A DNA stretch of 24,021 nucleotides from a virus (lineage: Duplodnaviria > Heunggongvirae > Uroviricota > Caudoviricetes > Crassvirales), in IMG/VR virus record IMGVR_UViG_3300008267_000092, positions 1 to 24,021 of that record, one strand, 5' to 3'. Shown one piece after another: positions 9,001-18,600 of the stretch. The notes under the pieces were generated by a model. It searched no databases. It saw only the letters and a list, made by a program, of their open reading frames with translations, and was not told where the DNA came from. The translations under genes were made by a program, and so were the position numbers. Position 1 is the stretch's first letter; every line of letters starts with the position of its first letter.

Positions 9001-10634
9001 CACCTAATGATAGTCTTGTAAGACATTATGATAGAAACAGTTTAGAAGATTTATTCACAATGGCAGGAGGTGATGTAGGAGGTGAGGATAATTTATTAAT
9101 TGCTGAACTGGTTAAGACCAAAGCTGAGATTTATCTAGGAGGTATTTATGGTGGTAATAGTTATGAAGATAAACAACGTACAAACTATCTTGAAATAGGT
9201 GAATATAAAACTTTATCACCATCTGAAACATCATACACTTTATTATCTCCTGGTGATACATTTGTTAATAATTTTAGATTTTTAAGAGTTGTTAGAAAAG
9301 ATACTAATATTTTAGCTGAAGGGGTGTTACAACAGGAAGAGATTGTTGAGTTTTTAACTGAAACATCTATAAATTTAAAAAATCGAAGTGATACGAGTGA
9401 CAGTGTTTGGGATTCTAAATTTTTCAATTTAAATAGTGATTATCATACTTACAACAGAGTTTATTCACAACTTTCTGATTTAATTAAACGTAGAAATCTT
9501 AATTATAATTTTAAAAAGATTTCAAGTTATGACACAAACATCATATCATCTAAATTAAAATCCGCAGGTGAATTAATTGATAATTGGACAGATATTCTTC
9601 AAAATGAAGTTATGACCCTTAATGGTAAATTTGGATCAATAAACTCATTAATATCATTTCAGGATGAGGTTTATGCTATACAAGATAAAGCTTTTGCATT
9701 TATATCTATTAGTCCTAGAATACAAGTTTCAGGTTCTGATGGGTTAGCTGTACAATTAGGTACAGGTGCTATTTTAGATAGATATAAATATATTTCCACT
9801 GAGAATGGTACGCGTAATAGATTTGGTGTTATTGTTACAGAGAAAGGTGTTTATTTTTATGATGCATTAAGTAAAGCTATTACAATGTTTAAAGGTCAAA
9901 TTGAAGGTTTATCAAATACCAAATCAATGCACTCATTCTTTATAAATAATCTTGTAGAGGGTGATTTAGTAATGGATAACCCTGTGTTAAAAAAAGGGGT
10001 ATCTTGTGGTTATGATTATGTCAACAATGATGTATTTTTAACATTTCATCAAAATAAAATTGAAAATGGTTTATCTACATATTCACCTTTTACAATAGCA
10101 TTTAATGAAAATTCAAATACATTTGTATCATTTTATGATTATACACCATCATTTTACATTAGTCGAGGTAACTACTTTGTTACAACCGACCCTAATAACA
10201 CATCCATTTATCGTCAAGGTGTAGGATTATATAATACTTTTTATAATGTTAAATATCCTTCATATGTCACATTAAATGTGAACCCTGAACCAAATCTTGA
10301 TTGTGTGTTTGATAATATCAATTTTAAGTCTGAAACATACTCGTATGACACAAATACAGGCTTATACACGATAGATAATCCAGACAAGACCCTTACAGGT
10401 ATTAGAGCTTATACAGATCATCTAGACTCAAATGTAGGAACTTCTGTAACACCATTGGTTGTTGGTAGAAATAATAATATCCGTCGTAAATTTAGAGATT
10501 GGAATGCGTTAATACCTCGTTCAGGTAGAGAACGTATAAGAGGACCTTGGGTAAAATTGAAATTAGTATTTGACCAACAAGGTGATTATAAATTTATATT
10601 ACACGATATTGATATTTCTTATACTACGTCATAA
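6021..10634 (+). CDS. Tail muzzle/stabilisation protein (P22 gp10-like; crAss001 gp44-like), 1537 aa
   Basis: Large beta-rich protein starting with GMAQDISKSKF. Contains YFKDDEIYRLGIEF, IYGGNSYE, KLKSAGELIDNWTD, beta-propeller-like repeats and a C-terminal RRKFRDW...RERIRGPWVKLKL, all typical of crAss-like muzzle proteins. Position fits. Confidence 0.78.
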   Translation: MNKIVRQSYSGMAQDISKSKFSNQFYFEGKNIRIVTTDTQSTGSITNEKGNSLILKVPKPVINYTTKIITYGSKSLSYTNDEINYNSQSGDQVIIGQGTTRDYVILFTTDNNGFDCVWSVKYEDYELKLLYLRNLNFSTSNPIQCLNNFENSNIDKIYWVNGVNQIQFLNIKHSIDNQDLEELIDLPVNVIDMVGKYSLSAPKITSILSGGTHTSGMIQYAYNLYRLNSAQTKLSPLSELIPLDKGILGGGNLNENVGSIPVININNIDTNYTNIRVYSIKYTSYNETPKVSLIEDRKIPSKGSIEILDDNTTITSLSLEEFLFLGSDIIIPKHITSKFNRLFIANYDELNFDVKLDMRAYSFPQLSTSVNVYNDIELDDTTGDIVPSEPVLQNTRNITSTFTDSIDDTFDSINLNYDVNRYLYNSSIQGGEGKYLKYELLQTTDYAEDRRYFKDDEIYRLGIEFFNVYGQVSLPKWVSDFKAPSGNLKGLLNILKIELKSEFFTWLNISSNFEAEYSKPVGYRLLIAERTLSDRTIIANGALGSMMINDKSTRDVPLDYRSNPTEYQYVKNKTDELVKLPNFLLRNCNETSFYGNTQPLQKASHLADMNRARENSNTEVCRAYYGDDDTSGRFYQFNPMLQLYSPEILFKESISLNSGLELKIKGAFKNTYNAVWARKYEANGSGNIADEVKAFEGIIPAYAKKVTQILGNPNAPLDYGIVCHPGGSAPDRVTHSKFYRGYGVVDITDAYNSAKFIEIYQPFVGTTLPDTKDYVNKYGQGLQVTINSTGYRKAYISYTVTPDVLNLLTPYTISVTSDNEGNNVLITHNVISGSYTIDVPVRESPLTTTPNIEKTFETYLKIKTPGDVPFKGTMDCLVKIADSGPTDIKIEVLSTANLFSINNPEYISTNAFSSADYTKSYKIYGTPELTEKGQSFTIYNKDSNYRYSNSFTGIYTDGDSSWDKTGLYGRRIINSNSDNNRCITFVTGPKNSSTPNDSLVRHYDRNSLEDLFTMAGGDVGGEDNLLIAELVKTKAEIYLGGIYGGNSYEDKQRTNYLEIGEYKTLSPSETSYTLLSPGDTFVNNFRFLRVVRKDTNILAEGVLQQEEIVEFLTETSINLKNRSDTSDSVWDSKFFNLNSDYHTYNRVYSQLSDLIKRRNLNYNFKKISSYDTNIISSKLKSAGELIDNWTDILQNEVMTLNGKFGSINSLISFQDEVYAIQDKAFAFISISPRIQVSGSDGLAVQLGTGAILDRYKYISTENGTRNRFGVIVTEKGVYFYDALSKAITMFKGQIEGLSNTKSMHSFFINNLVEGDLVMDNPVLKKGVSCGYDYVNNDVFLTFHQNKIENGLSTYSPFTIAFNENSNTFVSFYDYTPSFYISRGNYFVTTDPNNTSIYRQGVGLYNTFYNVKYPSYVTLNVNPEPNLDCVFDNINFKSETYSYDTNTGLYTIDNPDKTLTGIRAYTDHLDSNVGTSVTPLVVGRNNNIRRKFRDWNALIPRSGRERIRGPWVKLKLVFDQQGDYKFILHDIDISYTTS

Positions 10635-10662
10635 AAAATATTATAAAATATATAATTAATTC

Positions 10663-10694
10663 TTTGGAATTATCATAAATATTTTGTATATTTG
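10663..10694 (+). promoter_or_regulatory. Bacteroidota housekeeping-sigma promoter P2
   Basis: TTTG at 10663-10666, 20-nt spacer, TATATTTG at 10687-10694, in the intergenic gap before the cargo genes. Confidence 0.8.
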
Positions 10695-10725
10695 TGTAAC
10701 AAATTTATTTAAGACAATACAATTA

Positions 10726-10752
10726 GAGGTGGGAGTAATCTCACCTTTTTTT
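10726..10752 (+). terminator. Rho-independent terminator T2 (inside the P2 leader)
   Basis: GAGGTGGGA-GTAA-TCTCACCTT stem with a GNRA tetraloop, running into a 7-T tract (10746-10752), 20 nt upstream of ATG 10773. Confidence 0.72.
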
Positions 10753-10772
10753 ATAATATAAAATTTTAAAAT

Positions 10773-13700
10773 ATGCCAGATCCTAAAAAGAAAAATGGTA
10801 AAGTTGCTACTGATCCTAGAGATATTCCAGCAACTAGACGAGATAGTCTTAATTTACAAAAACTTGCAATAGAAAGAAGTAATTTTCTTAAAAATGCAGG
10901 TTATGTTAAAGAACCTGACGTTAAAAAAGGACCATTTCCGTATGCACATCAAGATATGTATAGGAATTATCAGCAAATGCAAAAAAAACAACGTGATAGT
11001 ATTACTACAGAAGTTATTAGATTAAACCGTAAAGGTCAGCCTTATAGAAGTACTGAGGTTTATGATCCTAAATATTATAGACAAGAAAATGTTAATGGTA
11101 ATCCTAATAAGTATAAAAGTCAAGAAGTAGGTGATATTGGAGTTTTAAATCCTGCTGTTAAATACGGTGATTTTGATTATAGAATTGATCCTACAAAATA
11201 TGAAAGATGGGTTAATCCCAATACAGGTGATGGTGTAAATAATTATATTTATGATTTTGGAAGTAAATATAATCCCAAACCAGTAAAAATTAATTCAGGT
11301 AAAGGTACTGTAAATGTTAACAAGAATCCTGGACATAATAATCAAAAACAAGTACCTGTTAAAAATGTAACTGCTAATAGTCCATTAGATTATATGAATA
11401 GTTCAACTATAAAATACGCTGATGGTGGTCAAATACATAATGATTTAGATGGTAAATATAATAATTATTTAAACAATAATATGAAACAATACGCACAAGG
11501 TGGAAAACTTACTCGTTTTGACGAAGGTGGTACACACGAACAAAATCCTTTAGGGGGAATTCCTCAAGGTCAAGATGGTCAAGGTAATATGAATACAGTC
11601 GAACAAGGGGAAACCAAGAAAGGTAACTTTGTATATAGTGATAGAATTGCTTTAGATAAAAATCTTATTAAACAATTCAACCTTCCAGGTTACGTAGCGA
11701 ATAAGAGTGTATCAGAAGCATCTAAAGCAATAGATAATCAGTTTAAAGACCGTCAAGATAAATATGCACAAGAAACTAAAAAGACTTTATTAGATAGGTT
11801 ATCTCAAGCACAAGAGCATCTTAAAGCTCAAGAGCAGGCTCAACAACAACAGATTAATCAATCTATGCAGGCTAATTCACAGCAAGTTCCCGATATGATG
11901 GAAGGTCAAATTCCTGAAGGTATGGAAGAATATATGGAACAATCTCAATCACAAAATCCTCAAGAGGAAATGATGGGAGGTCAGCAACCGATGGCACGTG
12001 GAGGGTATATGAATAGATATGATGATGGAGGTTATATTTCAGATTTAAAACCTGCAGGTTTGACAGATTTGAGTCCTTATGGTGCACAAATATCAACTAA
12101 TACATCGGGATTAAATAATATACAACCTACTGAAAATAACACCCAAACTCAAAGTAATACAGATTATTCTAAATTAGCACCTATTGCTACAGGTGTAGGT
12201 AATATGGTTTATAATCAAGATGCACAAAAGAGTGCAACATTAGGTACTATAAATGCTGTAGGTAGTACTGCAGGAGGTACTGTTGGTAAATATGTATCTG
12301 GAGCTACAGGTTTATATGATATGGGTCAAGAAGCTTTTGGTAAATCAGGTGTTGACACATCAGGTAAGCAATCTGTAAGTGGTGCCAGTGCTGGTAGATC
12401 TGCAGGTTCAGGTGCATTAAAAGGTATGGGTACAGGTGCTACAATTGGAAGTATTATACCAGGTGTAGGTACTGTAATTGGTGCAGGAGTTGGGGCAATT
12501 GTAGGTGGAGTTACAGGTTTAATAGGTGGTAAAAAAGATGAAAAAGCTCAAGCTGTAAATAATAAAAAATACTCACTTAATATTAATAAGCAATTTGATG
12601 ATCCTAATTGGGCAGCATACGGGGGTACATTAGATGTAGGTGTTAAACCGACAACAGGAAATAGTACAATAAGACCTTCAGTTAAAATGTTAAAATATGG
12701 TGGTGATATAGATCCCCCTGTAAAATTTTTAAAACCACCTGCAGGATACAATACAAATCCTATTCAAAATTTTCATGATATTACAGGTGTGTCACCTGAT
12801 ACACCTGGTTATGGTCAAGAATTTGGTAAAAAAAGTAATAAATTATTGTTTGATTATAATGTCAATATAAAAGATCCTGATACATTAGCTTTGCAGAAAA
12901 AAGGTAAAACTACATATACAAATACCAAGGAAGACATTATGAATAAAACGTGGAATGACGTACAACAGAAAAAATACGGTATTACAGCAGAAGGTTATAG
13001 AGATATGCATCCAGAAAACGATGTACCTACATTGGATCAAAAAATACCAGATTTTGTACCTGAAACAGGTGTGTTAGCTAGTATGGAAAAAAATTATCAA
13101 GATGTTTTAGCAAAAAGAACTACTGAAGCTAATAAAAAATCAATTGTAGATAAGGCTGGTGACTTTGTTAAAAACCATTACGGAGAAGCTATGAGGTATG
13201 CACCTATAGCAATGAATGCTTATCAACTATCTCAATTAAAAAAACCTCAAGGTGTACAATATCATACATCAGGTGATAAATATAAACCTCAGTATGTTGA
13301 TGAAACACAACTTCAAAATATTGCAGCTCAAAATCAACGTAATCAGATTAATGCAGTTAGTGAAAGTGGTGGTTCAGAGGGAGCAAATCGTGCAGCTATT
13401 CTAGGTTCAGGTGTAAATTTCAATAGAGGTTTGTCTGAGGCTTATTTAAATATGAAAGATAGAAATATGAGTATGGATGATCGTGCTCAACAATTTGATT
13501 CAGCTATAAATTCTCAAAATATTGCAATTAGAAATAGAGCTATTGATGAAATGAGAGCTGATAAAGGTAATTACGATACTCAAAAATCTAAGCTTTTAGG
13601 TGCAATAGGTACAGATATTGGTTCTGTAGGTAAAGAGGAAGTCAATAAAGACCAAATTGCGGCAATGTTGGGTTATACTTGGAGAGGTAATTACATGGTT

Positions 13701-13853
13701 GATGAAAAAGGTCAACGTGTTACTGCTGAAAAAATGGCTAAAGATAAAGCAGCTTTAGAAGCTTCTAATGAAAAACCTGCATATAATTCTAAAACAGGTG
13801 AAAAGATAACATATGGTTATGGTGGATTTTTAAAAACATATAATAAAAGATAA
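10773..13853 (+). CDS. Virion cargo/ejection protein 1 (crAss001 gp45-like), 1026 aa
   Basis: Directly after the muzzle gene. Core GGTHEQNPLGG...VEQGET...FVYSDR, a Q/E/M-rich coiled segment and a glycine-zipper hydrophobic segment (GTGATIGSIIPGVGTVIGAGVGAIVGGVTGLIGG). No cysteines. Confidence 0.7.
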   Translation: MPDPKKKNGKVATDPRDIPATRRDSLNLQKLAIERSNFLKNAGYVKEPDVKKGPFPYAHQDMYRNYQQMQKKQRDSITTEVIRLNRKGQPYRSTEVYDPKYYRQENVNGNPNKYKSQEVGDIGVLNPAVKYGDFDYRIDPTKYERWVNPNTGDGVNNYIYDFGSKYNPKPVKINSGKGTVNVNKNPGHNNQKQVPVKNVTANSPLDYMNSSTIKYADGGQIHNDLDGKYNNYLNNNMKQYAQGGKLTRFDEGGTHEQNPLGGIPQGQDGQGNMNTVEQGETKKGNFVYSDRIALDKNLIKQFNLPGYVANKSVSEASKAIDNQFKDRQDKYAQETKKTLLDRLSQAQEHLKAQEQAQQQQINQSMQANSQQVPDMMEGQIPEGMEEYMEQSQSQNPQEEMMGGQQPMARGGYMNRYDDGGYISDLKPAGLTDLSPYGAQISTNTSGLNNIQPTENNTQTQSNTDYSKLAPIATGVGNMVYNQDAQKSATLGTINAVGSTAGGTVGKYVSGATGLYDMGQEAFGKSGVDTSGKQSVSGASAGRSAGSGALKGMGTGATIGSIIPGVGTVIGAGVGAIVGGVTGLIGGKKDEKAQAVNNKKYSLNINKQFDDPNWAAYGGTLDVGVKPTTGNSTIRPSVKMLKYGGDIDPPVKFLKPPAGYNTNPIQNFHDITGVSPDTPGYGQEFGKKSNKLLFDYNVNIKDPDTLALQKKGKTTYTNTKEDIMNKTWNDVQQKKYGITAEGYRDMHPENDVPTLDQKIPDFVPETGVLASMEKNYQDVLAKRTTEANKKSIVDKAGDFVKNHYGEAMRYAPIAMNAYQLSQLKKPQGVQYHTSGDKYKPQYVDETQLQNIAAQNQRNQINAVSESGGSEGANRAAILGSGVNFNRGLSEAYLNMKDRNMSMDDRAQQFDSAINSQNIAIRNRAIDEMRADKGNYDTQKSKLLGAIGTDIGSVGKEEVNKDQIAAMLGYTWRGNYMVDEKGQRVTAEKMAKDKAALEASNEKPAYNSKTGEKITYGYGGFLKTYNKR
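11412..13826 (+). repeat. Eight dispersed protein-level hydrophobic-x-x-G-G motifs in cargo protein 1
   Basis: KYADGG 11412-11429, QYAQGG 11487-11504, RFDEGG 11514-11531, PMARGG 11988-12005, RYDDGG 12015-12032, WAAYGG 12609-12626, MLKYGG 12687-12704, TYGYGG 13809-13826. Not DNA-level repeats. Confidence 0.65.
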
Positions 13854-13856
13854 TAG

Positions 13857-15698
13857 ATGCCTATCAATAGATACTCAGATTTAAGTGTTTCAGCATATAA
13901 TCCTATGTCAATGGAAGAATTGGCAATGGTTCCAATGATGAAACGTAAACAACATGATGAATTAGATAAACAATTAGCAGAAGCCGTTGTTAAAGTTGAC
14001 CCTTTAAAATATCATGAAGATGAAGCGTTAAGATTAAAGAATGAAATGGAAGGTAAAGTTGCATTCCAATCGGAGCAACTTGCCTCCCAAGGTATTACAC
14101 CTGATGCAAAATCTTCATTTTATAAGTTAAATAAAGAATATAGAGATTTAGTTGCACCTACAGGTCAAGTAGGTAAAATAAACCGCGCTAAAGAAATTTA
14201 TGATAAGGAACATGCTGCATTTATTAAGAACGCAATGGAAACATCTAAAATAGGTGGTGACCAAGCAGAACTTAGGTGGAATGAACATGTTGCTAAAAAT
14301 TATACAGGATATGAAGATCCTGAACAAAAACGCATTAAATACATTGATCCTTTAGGTGCTGTCGCATATCAAGATCAAGATAAAGATTTAGCGTTAGCTC
14401 ATAGTATATTAGGTAGTTATTCTAGACAAGTGAGTAACGCGGGTTACCATATAGGTGAAGATAAAGCTACAGGTTTATTAGGTGTTATAAATAGTAAAGG
14501 TGAAACTGTACATTCAGATAACTTTAAACAGGTAAATGAAGCATTAAAAGGATATAGTGCAAAATGGCTTAATCCTACTGGAGAAGGTTATAAATGGTCA
14601 AAATTTGCAGGTCAAGATATTGAAAATAATCGTCAACGTATTAAACATGAATTCAATTCAATGTATAATCTAAAAACAGGTTATTCAAGTGAACAATCCT
14701 TTAATCCTTTAGCTGGTCAGGGTGGTGGTGACGGTGAAAACCAAACTGAGACACCTACACAGTTACAAGAATCTGCAAATGTAGAAAACCCAATAACAAA
14801 ACATTTAGATGAATTAAATAATACAAGTGTTAAAGATATACTTAGTCAATTTCCTGCAGCGTGGTCAAATTTACAAACTTTAATAAAAAATAAAAAAGTA
14901 AGTCCTGACGAATTAAAAAAACAAGATTATGCACTACAGCAGATGGTTAAAGATAAACTATCACCCGCAGCATTAGACGCATACACAACAACATATAATA
15001 TAAAAGTTGCACAAGGGTTGATTCCAAAAGGAGAGCCTATGTTTGGATCTAAAGCTCAAAAGGTAATAAAAAATGATTGGTCACAACAAAAAGATTTTGC
15101 ATGGTCAAATAATGTGATATTACCTGACTCTAAAGAAAATGATATTTTAGCTTCTCCACAGTTAGTTAATGCTACAACACCTGCCGCAAGAAATGCGTTT
15201 GCACAAAGAAGATTTGACCTTGCACGTAAAAATAAACAAACATTATTATATGACGAAGAAGGTAATAAAATAGATTTAGATGATGTTAATAGAAAATCAA
15301 TTGAATTAGTAGGTCATTATAATCCTGCGAACATGCTTAAAACTTTTGGTGGAAATCCAGATAATATTGTGTCACCACATGTAGTATCTTATGAAGATGC
15401 TGATGGAGTTTCACATACAGCATTAATGCCTCGTGATGCAAATGAAAAAATAACTAATAATTATAAAGCTGCACAAATAATAAATAAAACAATTAGAAAA
15501 AGTGTTGTACATGGAAATGGATTTGTAAGTTTTACAAGTAAAGATTTTCCAATTTTAAAATCTAAAGGTATCGATAATCTTAGAGTAAAGTTTGATTCAA
15601 AAAATAAAACATATACCGTGGAAACTGCTGGTAAAAAATTCCAACCTATGACACAAGAGGAATATAGTGATTTTTGGTATAATAATTTAAATAATTAA
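13857..15698 (+). CDS. Virion cargo/ejection protein 2 (crAss001 gp46-like), 613 aa
   Basis: N-terminal NRYS...YNPMSMEELAMVP..KRKQHDEL helical motif. Tightly coupled between cargo 1 and the 1905-aa gene. No cysteines. Assignment by synteny. Confidence 0.55.
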   Translation: MPINRYSDLSVSAYNPMSMEELAMVPMMKRKQHDELDKQLAEAVVKVDPLKYHEDEALRLKNEMEGKVAFQSEQLASQGITPDAKSSFYKLNKEYRDLVAPTGQVGKINRAKEIYDKEHAAFIKNAMETSKIGGDQAELRWNEHVAKNYTGYEDPEQKRIKYIDPLGAVAYQDQDKDLALAHSILGSYSRQVSNAGYHIGEDKATGLLGVINSKGETVHSDNFKQVNEALKGYSAKWLNPTGEGYKWSKFAGQDIENNRQRIKHEFNSMYNLKTGYSSEQSFNPLAGQGGGDGENQTETPTQLQESANVENPITKHLDELNNTSVKDILSQFPAAWSNLQTLIKNKKVSPDELKKQDYALQQMVKDKLSPAALDAYTTTYNIKVAQGLIPKGEPMFGSKAQKVIKNDWSQQKDFAWSNNVILPDSKENDILASPQLVNATTPAARNAFAQRRFDLARKNKQTLLYDEEGNKIDLDDVNRKSIELVGHYNPANMLKTFGGNPDNIVSPHVVSYEDADGVSHTALMPRDANEKITNNYKAAQIINKTIRKSVVHGNGFVSFTSKDFPILKSKGIDNLRVKFDSKNKTYTVETAGKKFQPMTQEEYSDFWYNNLNN

Positions 15699-15699
15699 T

Positions 15700-18600
15700 A
15701 TGGAAGAAGATGAAGATGGATTATTAAATAGTAGTCCTAAAAATAATACTAGTCCAGGATTAATAGATCATCGTCAAGTAAAAAAAGGATTAGTTTTTGA
15801 TATTAGTAAAAAACACAACATCTCAAAAACTACACAGGCTGCAGAATCTTTTCACGGATATAATACAGGTTTAGGTCAATCAAAATATGATAAAGGTTTA
15901 ACTTGGGGTACAAATATTGATGAAGATGATGTTGCAGGTTCTCTTAATGAATACCGTGCACAACAACAATCAGGTATTGCACAAGTAGGATTAGGATTAT
16001 TGCGTGCAACATCTAAAGGATTACAGGAGGTTGCAAAACTTCCTGGAGTGTTAGGTGGTATGACTGTCGCAACTTTTGAAAATGTTGGAGATTTAATGTC
16101 GGGTAAAGATGAGCATTCATTTATTGATACTGCGTTTAACAACACGTGGATTAAAACAATTGACGAAGTTGGTGAAAAAATAAACACTGATGTTTTACCT
16201 GTATATACTGCAAAAGCTGTTAAAGAAGGTAATTTGTGGGCAAACATATCTTCAACTGCGTTTTGGGCTACAGATGGTGCAGATGGTCTAGGTTTTATTT
16301 TAGGAATGATGGTTCCTGGTGCAATATTTGAATACGCAAGATTAGGTGGTAAATTAATTAGTGCAGCATCTCAAAGTCAACGATTAGCTAAAATTACATC
16401 AATGTCGGGTAAGGCTGAACAAGCTGTAAGTGCTTTAAAAACAATGGGTATCACAGGTAAAAACATTGATAGTGGTTTAGCTGTAATGGGTAATACTTTA
16501 TTTGAAGCAGGTGCTGAAGCTAAAAGTGTTGGTGACGACTTAGATAGAAAAAAACCAGAGTTTATGACTCGAAGAGTTGCTGAAATTAAAAATAACCTTG
16601 TTAAATCAAATTATGCAGGTGAACCTGAATTTATTCAAGGACCAATGCAAATGGTTAAAAATCCTGATGGTACACAATCAATGTCATCTTCAGGATTAAT
16701 TCCTAATCCTAATTATAAAAATTTTGATCAAATTGCATTAGAGCAAGCTGAAAGTGAATATAAGGAACAACGTGCATTAGCAATGAGAAATACTTTTGTT
16801 AGCAATGTAGGTATTCTTTTAGGTCCTAATGCCATGATGCATAAAGCAATATGGGGTAAAGCTGCTCAAAGATTTGAAAAAACTGCAGAACAAGGTATAA
16901 AAGGTGTTGCTAAAAGAGTTGGTAAATCTGCTGAAAGAGTTGGTAAAGCATTTGCTGTTGAAGGTGGATGGGAAGAAGGTTCTCAAACAAGTGTTGAAAA
17001 AATGTATGTCAACAAAGCTATGAAAGGTTCTCTTGGTAAAGATGGTTTTGAAGGTTTTGTAGATGATTTTAATGTAGGTGATTTTGCAAAAGAATACTCT
17101 AATACGTTGGCTACAACTGAAGGGCAGAAAGCTATCTTTTTAGGGGGAGCTCTTGGAGGACCTATGATGTCGTATCAAGGTAGAAAAGAAGATGTTGTAA
17201 ATAGAACACGTACTAATGAAGTATTAGATGGTATTGATAAACAGATAACTCATTTTAATAATATATTTGATAATGATGTTTATCAAAAAAATGAAGATGG
17301 TAGTTTTAAATATAAAAAAGATGAGCAAGGTAACGATACAACTGAAAGATTATTAGATAGTAAAGCTGTTCGTAAAATTGCTCAAGATTTAAATTATACT
17401 GAACAACGATCTGCAATATTTGATCTTGCTGTAAAAACAGGTAATACTGAAGTTGTTGATAAATTAAAACAGGACGCAATTTTTAATTTAATTTTACCAT
17501 CTATACATAACGGTGAAATGGGTCTTCAGGCTTTAGAGCAACAACTAAATGAAAATTCTAAGTTTCAGGAATTAACTGAACGAGATGCTAAAGCTGACAA
17601 TAAGGATAAGACTAAAGAATTTGTTAAACAAACCCTTGAAACAGCTAAATATCTTCAAAAACAAAATGAGAAGTTTGGTGATTTTAGTAGAGATGTAATT
17701 GATTTAACTCATCCTACAGCCACACAAGAACAAAAAGATGATTTTCTTAATAAATTAAACACATCTTACTTAAATAGTAAACATGAATTAAGACAAGATG
17801 AAATAAAATTAAAAGAATTAGAAGCTAAACGTGAAAATATTTTTGAAGAATTAGGTGTAGATCCATTATATAATCCTGAAGCAGAGTTTCCAACTGCAAA
17901 AATGAAAAATGGTATTGTTTCAGATGAAGATTTAATGCAACGTGCTGAACGAACAAAAGCAGCACTTAATTCAAATGAATTATTAAAGAAAACAGAAGCT
18001 GAGTATAATGAATTAAAACAGAAAATAGATAATCATAAAAAAGATATTTCTGAAATTTGGCAAGGTAAAGATAAAATAGCAGGTGCATTTAGTAAATTTG
18101 TAGATAAAGATAATAAAGATACTGAAAATACTTCTGATGAAAAAGTTGCACAAGCTGATGCATTAATAGCAAATGTCACAAATGCTCAATCTAATAAAGA
18201 ATTAGATCAGTTATTACTTCCTCCACATATACCTCAAAAAACAGAGGCTGATTATAACAGGGAAACAGAGTTAAATCTTATTCAAAATGTATCTAAAAGT
18301 ATTAATGAAGATCAATCTATTGGTAATTTAAAATTAAATTTAGATAAATTAAAATCATTAAACATCAGTTCTTTAAAAATAGATGAGATTGCTAAAAGGA
18401 TTGAAGATAGAATTAAGCAGTTACAGGATGAACAAGAATCATTTAAAGATTATCTTTTAGATGCTATTAATTCTTTTGACGAACAATCTCAAAAAGTTAA
18501 TGATTTTATATCTGATTTAAATACTGAAATTGATTCATTATTAAAAACCAAAGATGTTTTAGTTAAAAGTTTAAATGAGCAAGATAAATCTCCTAGAGGT

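Noticed and set aside
11815-11990. Q/E/M-rich low-complexity stretch in cargo protein 1 as a possible tandem repeat
   Set aside because: No periodic DNA repeat unit; ordinary low-complexity linker.
13851-13859. Cargo 1 and cargo 2 are in the same frame, separated only by TAA TAG ATG; possible read-through fusion
   Set aside because: Two tandem stops indicate enforced termination with re-initiation, not read-through.
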